From: Candidatus Eiseniibacteriota bacterium
GTDB taxonomy: Bacteria > Eisenbacteria > RBG-16-71-46
Length of the DNA: 47,402 bases
Reading direction: 5' to 3'
NCBI GenBank assembly: GCA_016178685.1
Contig: JACOSU010000073.1
Span: 1-47,402 of the forward strand
Positions 36,866 through 47,402 of the stretch are shown here, one piece after another. The position numbers were made by a program, and so were the translations under genes. The first letter of the stretch is position 1, and each line of letters begins with the position of its first letter. The notes beneath the pieces are model-generated. The model worked only from the letters and a program-made list of their open reading frames with translations. It ran no database searches and had not been told where the DNA came from.

Positions 36866-38134
36866 TCAGCGGCGGATCTCCGCCTCGCGCTCGGCGCCCA
36901 CCGAGACCGCGCCGATCGGCACGCCGCTCTCGCGTTCCACCCACTCCAGATATTCGCGAGCGCGCGCCGGCAGGTCGCTCCAGCGGCGCGCGGCCGAGGT
37001 CGCCGACTTCCAGCCGGCGAACGATCTCCACACCGGCTTCACGCTCTCGAGCGCCGATGAGGAGGCCGGGAAATCCACCACCTCGCCGCCGTCGTGTTGG
37101 TACGCGACCAGCACGCGCACCTCCTCGAACGAGTCGAGCACGTCGAGTTTCGTGATCACCATCTGATCGAGCCCGTTGACGCGCGCGGCATAGCGCAGGG
37201 CCGGGAGATCGAGCCAGCCACAGCGCCGCGGGCGTCCGGTGGTGGCGCCGTATTCCTCGCCCGCATCGCGCAGCCGCTCGGCTTCGCCCGAGGGCATTTC
37301 GCTCGGGAACGGGCCATTGCCCACGCGCGTCGCGTACGCCTTGGTGACGCCGATCACGCGGTCCACCGCGCGCGGCCCGAGTCCCACGCCGAGCGGAGCA
37401 CCGGCCGCCGACGCCGCGGAGGATGTCACGTACGGATAGGTCCCATGGTCGAGATCGAGCAGCGTGCCCTGCGCCCCTTCGAGCAGCACGCGCCGGCCGG
37501 CCGCGAGCGCCGCGTGGAGCTCGGCGCCCACGTCGGTCGTCATGGGCAGCGCCCACGCCACGGTCTCCTCCAGCTCATCCCACAGCGCGCCGCCGTTCAT
37601 GGCGACCAGATCGCCCGCCTCCGGAAATTCGAGCCGCAGGCGATGCAGATTGCGATCGGCCGCGGCCACGAACGCGGCGCGATCCGCGAGATCGCCGAAG
37701 CGAATGCCGGATCTCGCGGCCTTGTCGCGATACGCGAAGCCGATCCCGCGGCCCGTGGTCCCGATCGCGCCCGGGCCCCGCTCGGCCGCCGCTTCGGCCG
37801 CGCGGTGATAAGGCAGGATCACGTGCGCCGCGGGGCTCAGGCCAAGCCGGCCCCGGACTTCGAGGCCCAGCGCTTCCAACATCTCGACTTCTTCGCGCAG
37901 CCGGGGCAGATCGACCACGACCCCGTTCCCGATCAGGCAGCGTTTCCCGGACTCCATCACACCCGAGGGAACCAGGTGGAGCACGACGGTGCGTCCGCCT
38001 CGAATCACGCTGTGACCGGCGTTGGGGCCGCCCTGGTAGCGCGCCACCACGTCCGCGTCGGCGCTCAGAGCGTCGACGACCTTGCCCTTGCCTTCATCGC
38101 CCCACTGGGCGCCCACCACCACCGTGCACGGCAT
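36866..38134 (-). CDS. purA: Adenylosuccinate synthetase
   Basis: QWGDEGKGK, GGPNAGH, GTTGRGIG, EGAQG, GTYPYVTSS, GATTGRPRRCGW, TKLDVL. Confidence 0.96.
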   Translation of the reverse strand: MPCTVVVGAQWGDEGKGKVVDALSADADVVARYQGGPNAGHSVIRGGRTVVLHLVPSGVMESGKRCLIGNGVVVDLPRLREEVEMLEALGLEVRGRLGLSPAAHVILPYHRAAEAAAERGPGAIGTTGRGIGFAYRDKAARSGIRFGDLADRAAFVAAADRNLHRLRLEFPEAGDLVAMNGGALWDELEETVAWALPMTTDVGAELHAALAAGRRVLLEGAQGTLLDLDHGTYPYVTSSAASAAGAPLGVGLGPRAVDRVIGVTKAYATRVGNGPFPSEMPSGEAERLRDAGEEYGATTGRPRRCGWLDLPALRYAARVNGLDQMVITKLDVLDSFEEVRVLVAYQHDGGEVVDFPASSSALESVKPVWRSFAGWKSATSAARRWSDLPARAREYLEWVERESGVPIGAVSVGAEREAEIRR

Positions 38135-38288
38135 CGATTTCCTCCGAAAAAACCGCGCGGCACGCTAACAGAGCGCTCCCGGGAATGCCAGCGCGCGACC
38201 CGGGCCTCGAGCGTTCGGCGGGCACGACGCGCGCGCGCGGCCGGTGCGGTGCGTGCGTGCGACTGCACTCCGACGAGCGCGGCGCGGC

Positions 38289-39209
38289 TCAGGACTCGAG
38301 CGCGGCGAGTGCCTCGATCACCGCGGTCGCGGCTTCCTCGCCGGCGCGGCGCTGCGCTTCGAGCGTCGATGCGCCGAGATGAGGCGTGGCCACGACGTTC
38401 GGCAGATCGAACAGCGGATGGCTTCCCGGCGGCTCGGTGGAGAACACGTCGAGCGCGGCGCCCGAGAGATGTCCGCGGATGAGCGCGTCGAGGAGCGCCG
38501 GCTCGTCCACCAGGCCGCCGCGCGCGACGTTGACCAGCACGGCGCCCTGCGGCATCGATGCGAATTCTGAGGGGCCGATCAGGCCGCGGGTTTCGGGGCC
38601 GAGCGGCACGTGGAGCGACAGCACGTCGGCCCGCTCGAGCGCTCCCTCGAGCGTCACGCGTTCCACCCACGTGAAGCCGGCGGGCCACGCGGCGACCAGC
38701 GGATCGCACGCGGAGACGCGCATCTCGAAGGCCCGCGCGCGCAGCGCCACCTCGCGGCCGATGCGGCCAAATCCGATCAGGGAGAGCCGGCGCCCCGAGA
38801 GCTCTCGACCCATGAAATGGAATTTCTCCCACGCGCCCCCGCGCAGCGACGCGAACGCGCCGGCGATCCGGCGCTCGAGCGCGAGCAAGAGGCCAAACAC
38901 GAGTTCGGCCACCGAGACCGCGTTCGCGGCCGGAGTGTTGAAGACCGCGACGCCCTGGCGCCGGGCCGCCGCCTGATCCACGTTGTCGAGCCCGCTGCCC
39001 GCGCGCACCACCACCCGGAGCGATGGCGAGCCGCGCAGCACCTCGGAGGTGACGCGCGTGCCGCCGCGGATCACGAGCGCCCTGCACTCGACGAGCGCGC
39101 CGATCAGCGCTTCGCCCTGAAGCCCGGGCAGCTCGACCACTTCGTGCCCCGCGGCGCGCAGGCGCGAGAGCGCGGCGTGATCGAGCGAATCGGTGACGAG
39201 GATCTTCAC
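38289..39209 (-). CDS. D-3-phosphoglycerate dehydrogenase-like 2-hydroxyacid dehydrogenase (no ACT domain)
   Basis: RAGSGLDNVD, NAVSVAE, IGFGRIG, HVPL, NVARGG, ALDVF..EP, TPHLGAST.EAQ. Confidence 0.82.
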   Translation of the reverse strand: MKILVTDSLDHAALSRLRAAGHEVVELPGLQGEALIGALVECRALVIRGGTRVTSEVLRGSPSLRVVVRAGSGLDNVDQAAARRQGVAVFNTPAANAVSVAELVFGLLLALERRIAGAFASLRGGAWEKFHFMGRELSGRRLSLIGFGRIGREVALRARAFEMRVSACDPLVAAWPAGFTWVERVTLEGALERADVLSLHVPLGPETRGLIGPSEFASMPQGAVLVNVARGGLVDEPALLDALIRGHLSGAALDVFSTEPPGSHPLFDLPNVVATPHLGASTLEAQRRAGEEAATAVIEALAALES

Positions 39210-40378
39210 GCCGCCTCCCACGCCGAGCGCGCGGCGCGCGCCGCCCCGCCGCTGGCGGGCGCGGCGTCGGACCCGGCCGGGGCCGCACCTGCGGTCAGCG
39301 CGTGCACGCACTCTTCGAGCGCGCCGGCCAGCAGCTCGATGTCGGCGAGATCGTAGGCGCCCATGTGGCCGGCGCGAAGGATCACGCCCTTCAGGCGGTC
39401 CTGGCCCCCCGCGATCACGATCCCGTGCGACACGCGCAGGCGCTTCACGACCGCTCCCGCCTCGATCCCGGGCGGCGGCGTGAGCGCGGTCACCGCGTGC
39501 GAAGGGTGCGCGGCGAACGTCTCGAATCCGAGCGTCGCGGCCGCCGCCTGGAGCGCGGCCGAGAGCCGGGCGTGGCGGTGATGAACGTTCGAGAGCCCTT
39601 CTTCACGAATCATGGCGAGCGACTCCTCGAGCGCCAGCACCAGGCTCACCGGCGGCGTGAACGCGGTCTCGCCGCTCGGCAGGCTCCTGCGCGCCTTGCG
39701 CAAATCGAAGTAGAAGCGCGGCAGCCCGGTCTCGTCGATCTCGCTCGCGGCCCACGGCGCGAGGCTCACGCTCGCGAGGCCCGGGGGAATCATGAGCCCC
39801 TTTTGGGAGCCGCACACGACGACGTCCACCCCCCAGTCGTCCTGCGCGAGCGGATGAACGCCGAGGCTCGTGATCGCATCCACCACCAGTCGCACGCCGC
39901 GAGAGCGGGTCAGACGCGCGATCGACTCGATGTCGTGGAGCGCGCCGGTCGAGGTTTCGCTGTGGGTCGCGAACACGGTGTCGATCGCGGCGCCCTCGAG
40001 CGCGCGCTCGACCGCCGCCGGATCCACCGATCTCCCCCATTCTACTTCGAGGGTCCGGTGCGGAACGCCCCATGCCTCGAGCAGCGCCGCCCAGCGATCG
40101 CCGAATTTTCCGCCCGCGATCGCGAGCGCGCTGCGCGCGGGCGACATCAGGTTCGCGACCGCGGCTTCCATCGCGCCGGTGCCGGAGGCGGGGAGCAGGA
40201 ACACCTCGCCCCGCGTCGCGTGCAGCTCCCGCATCGCTTCGGTGACGCGCAGGAGGGTGGCGCGGAATTCCTCGGTGCGATGGTGCGGCGGCGGCCGGGA
40301 CAGCGCGCGCAGCACGCGCGCAGGAATCTCGACCGGCCCCGGTGTGAAGAGCCGGGTCTGGCCCGGACCGCGATTCAT
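39206..40378 (-). CDS. Class V PLP aminotransferase (serine-pyruvate / alanine-glyoxylate / phosphoserine type)
   Basis: LFTPGP, HHRT, SGTGAME, HSETSTG, VDAI, GSQKG.MIPPG, RAGHMG. Confidence 0.88.
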   Translation of the reverse strand: MNRGPGQTRLFTPGPVEIPARVLRALSRPPPHHRTEEFRATLLRVTEAMRELHATRGEVFLLPASGTGAMEAAVANLMSPARSALAIAGGKFGDRWAALLEAWGVPHRTLEVEWGRSVDPAAVERALEGAAIDTVFATHSETSTGALHDIESIARLTRSRGVRLVVDAITSLGVHPLAQDDWGVDVVVCGSQKGLMIPPGLASVSLAPWAASEIDETGLPRFYFDLRKARRSLPSGETAFTPPVSLVLALEESLAMIREEGLSNVHHRHARLSAALQAAAATLGFETFAAHPSHAVTALTPPPGIEAGAVVKRLRVSHGIVIAGGQDRLKGVILRAGHMGAYDLADIELLAGALEECVHALTAGAAPAGSDAAPASGGAARAARSAWEAA

Positions 40379-40382
40379 GAAC

Positions 40383-42866
40383 TCAGTGCGCGTAATGCGC
40401 GGCCTGGTCGTCGGGCCGCTCGGGAGGCGCCGGGGTTTCGGGCCGGTCGAGCGCGCGTTCCAGCACCTGATCCATGTTCTCGATCTCGACGAACTCGAGA
40501 TCGGCGCGCACGTTCTCCGGCACTTCCGCGAGATCCTTCTGGTTTCCGGCCGGGATCAGCAGCGTGCGGATGCCGGCCCGCCGCGCCGCCACCGCCTTCT
40601 CGGTGAGACCGCCGATCGGCAGCACCGTCCCGCGCAGCGTGATTTCGCCGGTCATCGCCACGTCGGACCTGGTCGGCACTCCGGTCAGCGCACTCACCAT
40701 CGCGGTCGCGATCGTGATGCCGGCCGAAGGGCCGTCCTTGGGGATCGCGCCCTCGGGCACGTGAACGTGCACGTCGATGTCGCGGTAGAACCACTTGTCG
40801 AGCCCGAGCTGCGTCGCGCGGGACCTAGCGTACGACAGCGCGGCGTGGCCGCTCTCGCGCATCACCTCGCCGAGCTTGCCGGTCAACTGCAGTTCTCCCT
40901 TGCCCGGAAGAATGCTGACTTCGATGGTCAGCAGGTCGCCGCCGGTTTCGGTCCACGCCACCCCGTTCGCCACTCCGATGCGGGCCTTGCGCTCCACCGG
41001 GGAATCGAGAAAGCGCGGCGGACCGAGGTACCGATGCAGGTTGTCGGCGCTGATTCGCATCGCGCCCTTCAGGCGGCCCGACGCCTTGCGGCGCGCGACC
41101 TTGCGGCACAGGCTCGCGATCTGGCGCTCGAGGCTGCGCACGCCGGCTTCGCGCGTGTAATGGTTCGCGAGCGCGCGGATCGCCTCGACGCTCACGCGCA
41201 GGTCGGCGCTCTGGAGTCCCGCCGCGGCGATCTGCTTGGGAACCAGGAAGCGGCGCGCGATCTCGATCTTCTCGGTTTCGAGGTAGCCGGGCAGCCGGAT
41301 GATCTCCATGCGGTCTTCGAGCGCTGCCGGGATCGAGTGCAGGCTGTTCCCGGTGCAGATGAACATCACCTGCGAAAGATCGAAGTCCACCTCGAGATAG
41401 TGGTCGTTGAACGTATGGTTCTGCTCGGGATCCAGCACTTCGAGCAGCGCCGAGGCGGGATCGCCGCGGAAGTCGGCCCCCAGCTTGTCGATCTCGTCGA
41501 GCAGGAACACCGGATTGCGGCTTCCGGCGCGGCGCAGGCTCTGGATCACGCGCCCGGGCAGCGAACCGATGTAGGTGCGACGGTGGCCACGAATCTCGGC
41601 TTCGTCGCGCACCCCGCCCAGCGCGACGCGCACGAAGCGGCGCCCCAGCGACCGCGCGATCGACTTTCCGAGCGAGGTCTTGCCCACGCCGGGCGGACCG
41701 ACGAAGCACAGGATCGGGCCGCGGTTCCTGCCGGTGAGCTTGAGCACCGCCAGGTACTCGATGATCCGGTCCTTGATCTTGCGCAGCCCGTAATGGTCCT
41801 CGTCGAGAACGTCCTCGACCTTCTGAAGATCGCCGTGATCGCGCGTGACGCGCGACCAGGGCAGCGACACCAGCCAGTCGAGGTAGTTGCGCACCACGGT
41901 CGCCTCGGGCGACATGAAGCTCATCTTCGAGAGGCGGTCGAGCTCTTTCATGGCCTTCGCCACGACTTCGCGCGGCATCCGCGCCTTGCGGATCGAGGCG
42001 CTCAGCTCGTCGATCTCGCTCGCGAACTCGTTCTGGTGTCCCAGCTCCTTGCGGATCGCCTTGAGCTGCTCGTTGAGATAGAACTCCTTCTGATTCTTGT
42101 GCACCTGCGAGCGCACCTGCCCCTCGAGCTTGCGCTCGAGCTTCACGATCTCGAGCTCGGCCGAAAGGATGTCGCCGAGCAGCTTGAGGCGCGAGGGCGC
42201 GCCGTCCGCCTCGAGCAGCCGCTGCTTCTGCGGCACCTTGATCAGGAGATGCGCGGCCACGGTGTGCGCGAGCGTCGCTGGATCCGCGATGTTGTTCGCC
42301 GCGGTCAGCACCTCGTCGGGGATGCGCCGGTTCAAGTGAACGTACTCGTTGAACTGGGCGAGCACGTGGCGCATCTGCGCCTCGATTTCGGCTCCGGAGG
42401 TCCGCTCGTCTTCGATCGGAGCGATCCGCACCGTGTAGTAGTCGCTCGACCAGAAGAAGCGCTGGACGCGCGCCCGGCACAGCCCCTCGACCAGCACGCG
42501 CATGGTGCCGTCCGGCAGCCGGAACAGCTGGAGCACGCGGACCAGAGAGCCGACCTTGTAGAGTTCCTGATGCGTGGGATCCGCGACTTCGCTGCGGCGC
42601 TGCGCGGTCACGAACAGCATGCGGTCGCGGGCGACCGCCTTCTCGATCGCGTTGATGGAGGGGACTCGCCCGACCAGCAGCGGAATCGTCATGTAGGGAA
42701 ACACCACCACGTCGCGCAGCGGCAGTAGCGGCAGGCGGTCGCGGAATTCGAAGCGTTCGTCACCGCGCTGGATGGAAAGGGTCTGGGCGCGCCCGGACTC
42801 GGGGCCCGGACGAACGGAGGACGTGGCCTTCCTGCGCGCTTTCGGGATGCGGGGGCTGCCGGTCAC
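40383..42866 (-). CDS. lon: ATP-dependent protease La
   Basis: [40 protein letters not shown]; GTG start with GAGAGGA SD (start approximate). Confidence 0.95.
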   Translation of the reverse strand: MTGSPRIPKARRKATSSVRPGPESGRAQTLSIQRGDERFEFRDRLPLLPLRDVVVFPYMTIPLLVGRVPSINAIEKAVARDRMLFVTAQRRSEVADPTHQELYKVGSLVRVLQLFRLPDGTMRVLVEGLCRARVQRFFWSSDYYTVRIAPIEDERTSGAEIEAQMRHVLAQFNEYVHLNRRIPDEVLTAANNIADPATLAHTVAAHLLIKVPQKQRLLEADGAPSRLKLLGDILSAELEIVKLERKLEGQVRSQVHKNQKEFYLNEQLKAIRKELGHQNEFASEIDELSASIRKARMPREVVAKAMKELDRLSKMSFMSPEATVVRNYLDWLVSLPWSRVTRDHGDLQKVEDVLDEDHYGLRKIKDRIIEYLAVLKLTGRNRGPILCFVGPPGVGKTSLGKSIARSLGRRFVRVALGGVRDEAEIRGHRRTYIGSLPGRVIQSLRRAGSRNPVFLLDEIDKLGADFRGDPASALLEVLDPEQNHTFNDHYLEVDFDLSQVMFICTGNSLHSIPAALEDRMEIIRLPGYLETEKIEIARRFLVPKQIAAAGLQSADLRVSVEAIRALANHYTREAGVRSLERQIASLCRKVARRKASGRLKGAMRISADNLHRYLGPPRFLDSPVERKARIGVANGVAWTETGGDLLTIEVSILPGKGELQLTGKLGEVMRESGHAALSYARSRATQLGLDKWFYRDIDVHVHVPEGAIPKDGPSAGITIATAMVSALTGVPTRSDVAMTGEITLRGTVLPIGGLTEKAVAARRAGIRTLLIPAGNQKDLAEVPENVRADLEFVEIENMDQVLERALDRPETPAPPERPDDQAAHYAH

Positions 42867-42932
42867 TCGGAATCCTCTCGGTTGTGTGCGGCCGGTGGGA
42901 CGCGACGCGCGGTCCCTGGGAAGCGGTCCCAC

Positions 42933-43784
42933 TCATCGCTCAGGGCATCGGCGGGTTGGATCGCAATCTACACGTTTCACCCGCGGCGCGCCCGTCGACC
43001 CACGAGGGGCCGCCGGAGTACCAAGTGGCCACGGCCTGGTCCGCACGATCTTTGCCTGGCGCACCGGCCGCGCCGCGGCGGCTGCGTTTCCCATCACCAC
43101 CGAGATCGATGCGGGCTCAGAACCACGCGACCCGATGGTCTTCAGTGAACCCCAGGTGGCCCGCCGCACCGGTGTCACGCTTTCGGGCGTCACCGTCGTC
43201 CGGCTGGAGCCGTTCGAGGGGGTCCAGGTCCCACCACTGTCCAGACTCAGGTCGGTGAAAACGTCGAAGAAGCTGTCGATGCGAAAGTTTCCCCCGCCCA
43301 GGTCCGTGATCATGGTTTGCCCGTGCGAAGGCTGGCTCGTGCTCTCACGGATCTGGACTCCGGGAGGGAGCGATCCGCCCGAGAGGTCGAGCTGGAGCAT
43401 CTCGGTGTCGAATGTCATTCCGTCCGGCCGGCCCACCGCGTGCTCGTGACCGTGGCCGGTGGTTTGCGCAGGTTGCCAATGCGCGCCGCCGTCGCCGGTG
43501 ATCTCGAGCTCGACGAAGACGTCGAAAAAGCTGTCGATCGCGAAGGCCGGGGGTTGCGGCGGCATGCATTGCGTGAAGTTCGAAAGATTCACGTTGCGAA
43601 TCATAACGGACGTGGTTCCATAGCCCACCGGCCCCTGCAGGAAGTAGCCACAGCCCGCCTGCGGGAGCAGGCACGCGCCGTGTTCCGTGCATTGCGCCCA
43701 CGCGCGACCCGGAACCGAGAGCGCGAGGAGTGAGACCAGGGCGGGAGCGAGCAGCAGAACAGGGCGTAGCGAAACGCGGCGCAT
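42933..43784 (-). CDS. Secreted hypothetical protein with two IDSFFDVF repeats and an internal TWGSLK motif
   Basis: GAGGAGGAG SD, signal peptide ending AWA, Cys-containing N-region, IDSFFDVF twice, FDTEMLQLDLSG. Confidence 0.75.
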   Translation of the reverse strand: MRRVSLRPVLLLAPALVSLLALSVPGRAWAQCTEHGACLLPQAGCGYFLQGPVGYGTTSVMIRNVNLSNFTQCMPPQPPAFAIDSFFDVFVELEITGDGGAHWQPAQTTGHGHEHAVGRPDGMTFDTEMLQLDLSGGSLPPGVQIRESTSQPSHGQTMITDLGGGNFRIDSFFDVFTDLSLDSGGTWTPSNGSSRTTVTPESVTPVRRATWGSLKTIGSRGSEPASISVVMGNAAAAARPVRQAKIVRTRPWPLGTPAAPRGSTGAPRVKRVDCDPTRRCPER

Positions 43785-43857
43785 GGGGGACTCCTCCTCT
43801 GGATGTGAGTGCTCAGCGCCCTCCGGATCGTCCGGGTGGCTGCGCGGGAGCCCTTCC

Positions 43858-43887
43858 AGTCTAGGCGCGCGCGCGCGCTGCGTTCCA
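43858..43887 (-). promoter_or_regulatory. Possible promoter of the IDSFFDVF gene
   Basis: -10 TAGACT preceded by GCGCGCGCC, identical to the ychF promoter; weak -35 (TGGAAC) at N18. Confidence 0.4.
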
Positions 43888-43978
43888 GCGAAACTTGCAC
43901 CCCAGGGGGGCCGGACGGAGCGCACGGGCGCCCGGCGGTCGCGGCCACCCGCCCGCGCGGTACCGGGGCGGCCGCGCC

Positions 43979-44020
43979 AAAGCGAAGCGGCCCATGCCGT
44001 TCATTGCGAGCATGGACCGC
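43979..44020 (-). terminator. Possible terminator hairpin after clpX
   Basis: GCGGTCCATGC...GCATGGGCCGC stem followed by TTCGCTTT (weak U-tract). Confidence 0.4.
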
Positions 44021-44071
44021 CGGATGGTCGGGAACCGTGCGCCCTGGCGTGAAGGCCCCGCGGTGTGGAGA

Positions 44072-45331
<1,260 letters not shown>

Positions 45332-45369
45332 GCATCTCCCGTCGGCGTCCGCGGCGGACGCCCACTCGA

Positions 45370-45954
45370 TTACTTGCGCTTCTCGATGATCTCGTCGATC
45401 AGACCGTACTCCTTGGCGTCCTGCACCGACATGAAATTGTTGCGGTCGGTGTCCTTTTCGATCTGCTCCAGCGTACGTCCGGTGTGCTTGGACAGGATGG
45501 AGTTCAACTGCTCCCTCATCTTCTGGATCTCGCGGGTGTAGATCTCGATGTCCGTCACCTGGCCCTGGGTTCCGCCCAGCGGCTGGTGGATCATGATCCG
45601 CGAATTCGGCAGCGAGGACCGTTTGCCCTTGGCTCCCGCCGCAAGCAGCACGGCCGACATGCTGGCGGCCTGTCCCATGCACAGCGTCGCGACGTCGGGC
45701 TTCACGAACTGCATCGTGTCGTAGATCGCGAGCCCGGCCGTCACCATTCCGCCCGGGCTGTGGATGTACAGGTTGATGTCGCGATCCGGATCCTCGCCTT
45801 CAAGGAAGATCATCTGCGCGATCACCAGGTTCGCGATCATGTCGTCGATCGGCGTTCCGATGAAGATGATGCGGTCCTTGAGGAGTCGCGAGTAGATGTC
45901 GTACGCGCGTTCGCCCCGCCCCGTCTGCTCCACCACGATGGGAACCAGCCCCAT
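45370..45954 (-). CDS. clpP: ATP-dependent Clp protease proteolytic subunit
   Basis: [27 protein letters not shown]. Confidence 0.96.
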   Translation of the reverse strand: MGLVPIVVEQTGRGERAYDIYSRLLKDRIIFIGTPIDDMIANLVIAQMIFLEGEDPDRDINLYIHSPGGMVTAGLAIYDTMQFVKPDVATLCMGQAASMSAVLLAAGAKGKRSSLPNSRIMIHQPLGGTQGQVTDIEIYTREIQKMREQLNSILSKHTGRTLEQIEKDTDRNNFMSVQDAKEYGLIDEIIEKRK

Positions 45955-45995
45955 GTCCTCTCCTTGGGTTTGAACCGTGCTCCGGCTCTGCCCGC

Positions 45996-47291
45996 TCAGC
46001 GGGTCGCCGGCACCACCAGCGGATGTTCGGCGGGCGAGTCCTTCACGTCCGCCGCCTGGATCAGCCAGTCGAACGCCTTGCGCTCGAGCAGCGTTTCGCG
46101 CAGCGCCTGCCGCCGCTCCTGCGTCTGGTAGCGCGCCCGCACTCGCGCCGCCTGGCGCGGGTCGGCGTCCGCCATCCGCTGGATCTCGGCGGCCACTTCG
46201 TCTTCGCTCACGTGCAGCTTTTCCTGACGCGCCACCGCCCCGAGCAGCACCTCGCGCCGCAGCGACCGCTGGACGTTCGGAAGGTAGCGCTGTTCCAGCT
46301 CGGATCTCAGCTCGGCGCGCACCTCGCGCCCGTTCGTCGCCTCCGAGATCACGCGCTCCAGCATGTACTCGACCAGCCGTTGCGGCAAATCGAAGGGATT
46401 GCGGCGCACCAGCTCCTCGCTGATCGCGCCCTCGGATTCCCGCCGCACGCGCACGCGCTCCTCCCCTTCGAGGTTCTGCCTCACGCGCGAGCGCAGTTCA
46501 TCGAGGGATTCCAGCTGGAAGACCTCACGAGCAAGGTTATCGTCCAGCGGACGCAACTTCTTCTCCTGGATTTTCTTGACCTGAAGCACGTAGCGGGAGG
46601 ATTTCCCGGCCAGTTCGGGAGCGGCATAGTCCTCAGGATAGCGGATTTCGACGGTCCGCTCCTGCCCGGCCCGGGCCCCCAGCAGCCCGTTCTCGAGGTC
46701 GGAAGGAACCCCTTCGGCGCCGAGTTGGATGCGGCGTCCCTTGGCACGGGTTCCGTTCAGCCGGCGTCCGTTCGCGTCGAGCCGCGTGGAGTCGAGCAGC
46801 ACGACGTCGCCGCGCTCGGCCGGCCGCTCCAGATCCACGAACACCGCCGAGTCCTCGCGCAGATCGTGGAGGACGCGATCCACCGCCGAATCGTCCACCG
46901 GACGCGCGCTGCGCGTGAGCGGCAGACCCCGGTAGTCGCGGGCCTCGATCTCGGGGCGCACGTCAACCACGGCCTCGAAGCGCAGCGGCTGGCCGGGACC
47001 CAGGCGCACATTGCGCACCAGCGGCGGCACCACCGGCGAGAGCTTCGCCTCCTCCACCGCTGCGCCCGTCACGCGCGGCAGCGTGCTCTCGAGAAATTCC
47101 TGCTCGACCGCGGCCGCAAACTGCGTGCGCACCATGTCGAGCGGCACCTTCCCTTTTCGAAACCCGGGCAGACTCGCGCGCCGCTGGATCTGACGAGCGA
47201 CATCGTCCAGCCGGCGCTCAACCTCCTCCAGCGGCACTTCGACTTCCAGCGCGTGCTGCCAGCTTCCCGTGGAACGGACCGAGAGATTCAT
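45996..47291 (-). CDS. tig: Trigger factor
   Basis: PGFRKGKVP ribosome-binding motif, FKBP-like middle domain (YPEDY...LAGK); synteny with clpP. Confidence 0.93.
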   Translation of the reverse strand: MNLSVRSTGSWQHALEVEVPLEEVERRLDDVARQIQRRASLPGFRKGKVPLDMVRTQFAAAVEQEFLESTLPRVTGAAVEEAKLSPVVPPLVRNVRLGPGQPLRFEAVVDVRPEIEARDYRGLPLTRSARPVDDSAVDRVLHDLREDSAVFVDLERPAERGDVVLLDSTRLDANGRRLNGTRAKGRRIQLGAEGVPSDLENGLLGARAGQERTVEIRYPEDYAAPELAGKSSRYVLQVKKIQEKKLRPLDDNLAREVFQLESLDELRSRVRQNLEGEERVRVRRESEGAISEELVRRNPFDLPQRLVEYMLERVISEATNGREVRAELRSELEQRYLPNVQRSLRREVLLGAVARQEKLHVSEDEVAAEIQRMADADPRQAARVRARYQTQERRQALRETLLERKAFDWLIQAADVKDSPAEHPLVVPATR

Positions 47292-47343
47292 GCGGACGTC
47301 ACGACTCCATGTTCAGGGGGTTGAGGGGTTGGGCGGACGAATG

Positions 47344-47402
47344 TGCGAGAGGGGGGATTTGAACCCCCACGAGTTTCCCCACTGGATCCTAAATCCAGCG
47401 CG
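47344..47402 (-). tRNA. tRNA-Leu (TAG), 5' part outside the window
   Basis: CTGGA-TTTAGGA-TCCAG anticodon arm, long variable arm, GGGGG-TTCAAAT-CCCCC T-arm, acceptor strand CTCTCGC plus discriminator A; CCA not encoded. Confidence 0.88.

Noticed and set aside
43041-43056. Sigma54-like CCGCACGATCTTTGC on the plus strand
   Set aside because: Lacks the invariant -24 GG and points to no plausible gene.

Overview
High-GC bacterial chromosome segment with almost all genes on the minus strand. Gene style (C-terminal [ST]WGxLK tails, PorZ-like propeller, DUF2723) suggests an FCB-group candidate lineage such as Ca. Eisenbacteria; this is inference only. In transcription order (right to left) the window holds: partial tRNA-Leu, tig-clpP-clpX, a secreted IDSFFDVF-repeat protein, lon, class V aminotransferase, SerA-like dehydrogenase, purA, tRNA-Lys, an orphan zf-HC2 protein, a divergent ychF and a small beta-barrel. 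Next comes an FMN riboswitch heading an 18-gene run of mostly overlapping genes, from ribD-ribE-ribBA-ribH-nusB into a large envelope/protein glycosylation locus (TMEM260/DUF2723-TPR, a second GT-C, GT2/GT4s, HddA/HddC, epimerase, flippase, methyltransferases). An apparently lower-GC block follows (NHL protein, GNATs, inverted GT4 + deacetylase), then Wzx, asnB, GT4, YfhO, polyprenol-P-mannose synthase and a PorZ-like beta-propeller cut by the left edge. Best candidate for an undescribed system: a C-terminal P-x4-[ST]WGxLK sorting signal on secreted proteins, together with a PorZ-like protein and a multi-GT-C glycosylation/anchoring locus. No CRISPR, transposase, integrase or rRNA was seen. 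Start codons were chosen by eye and no database searches were run.
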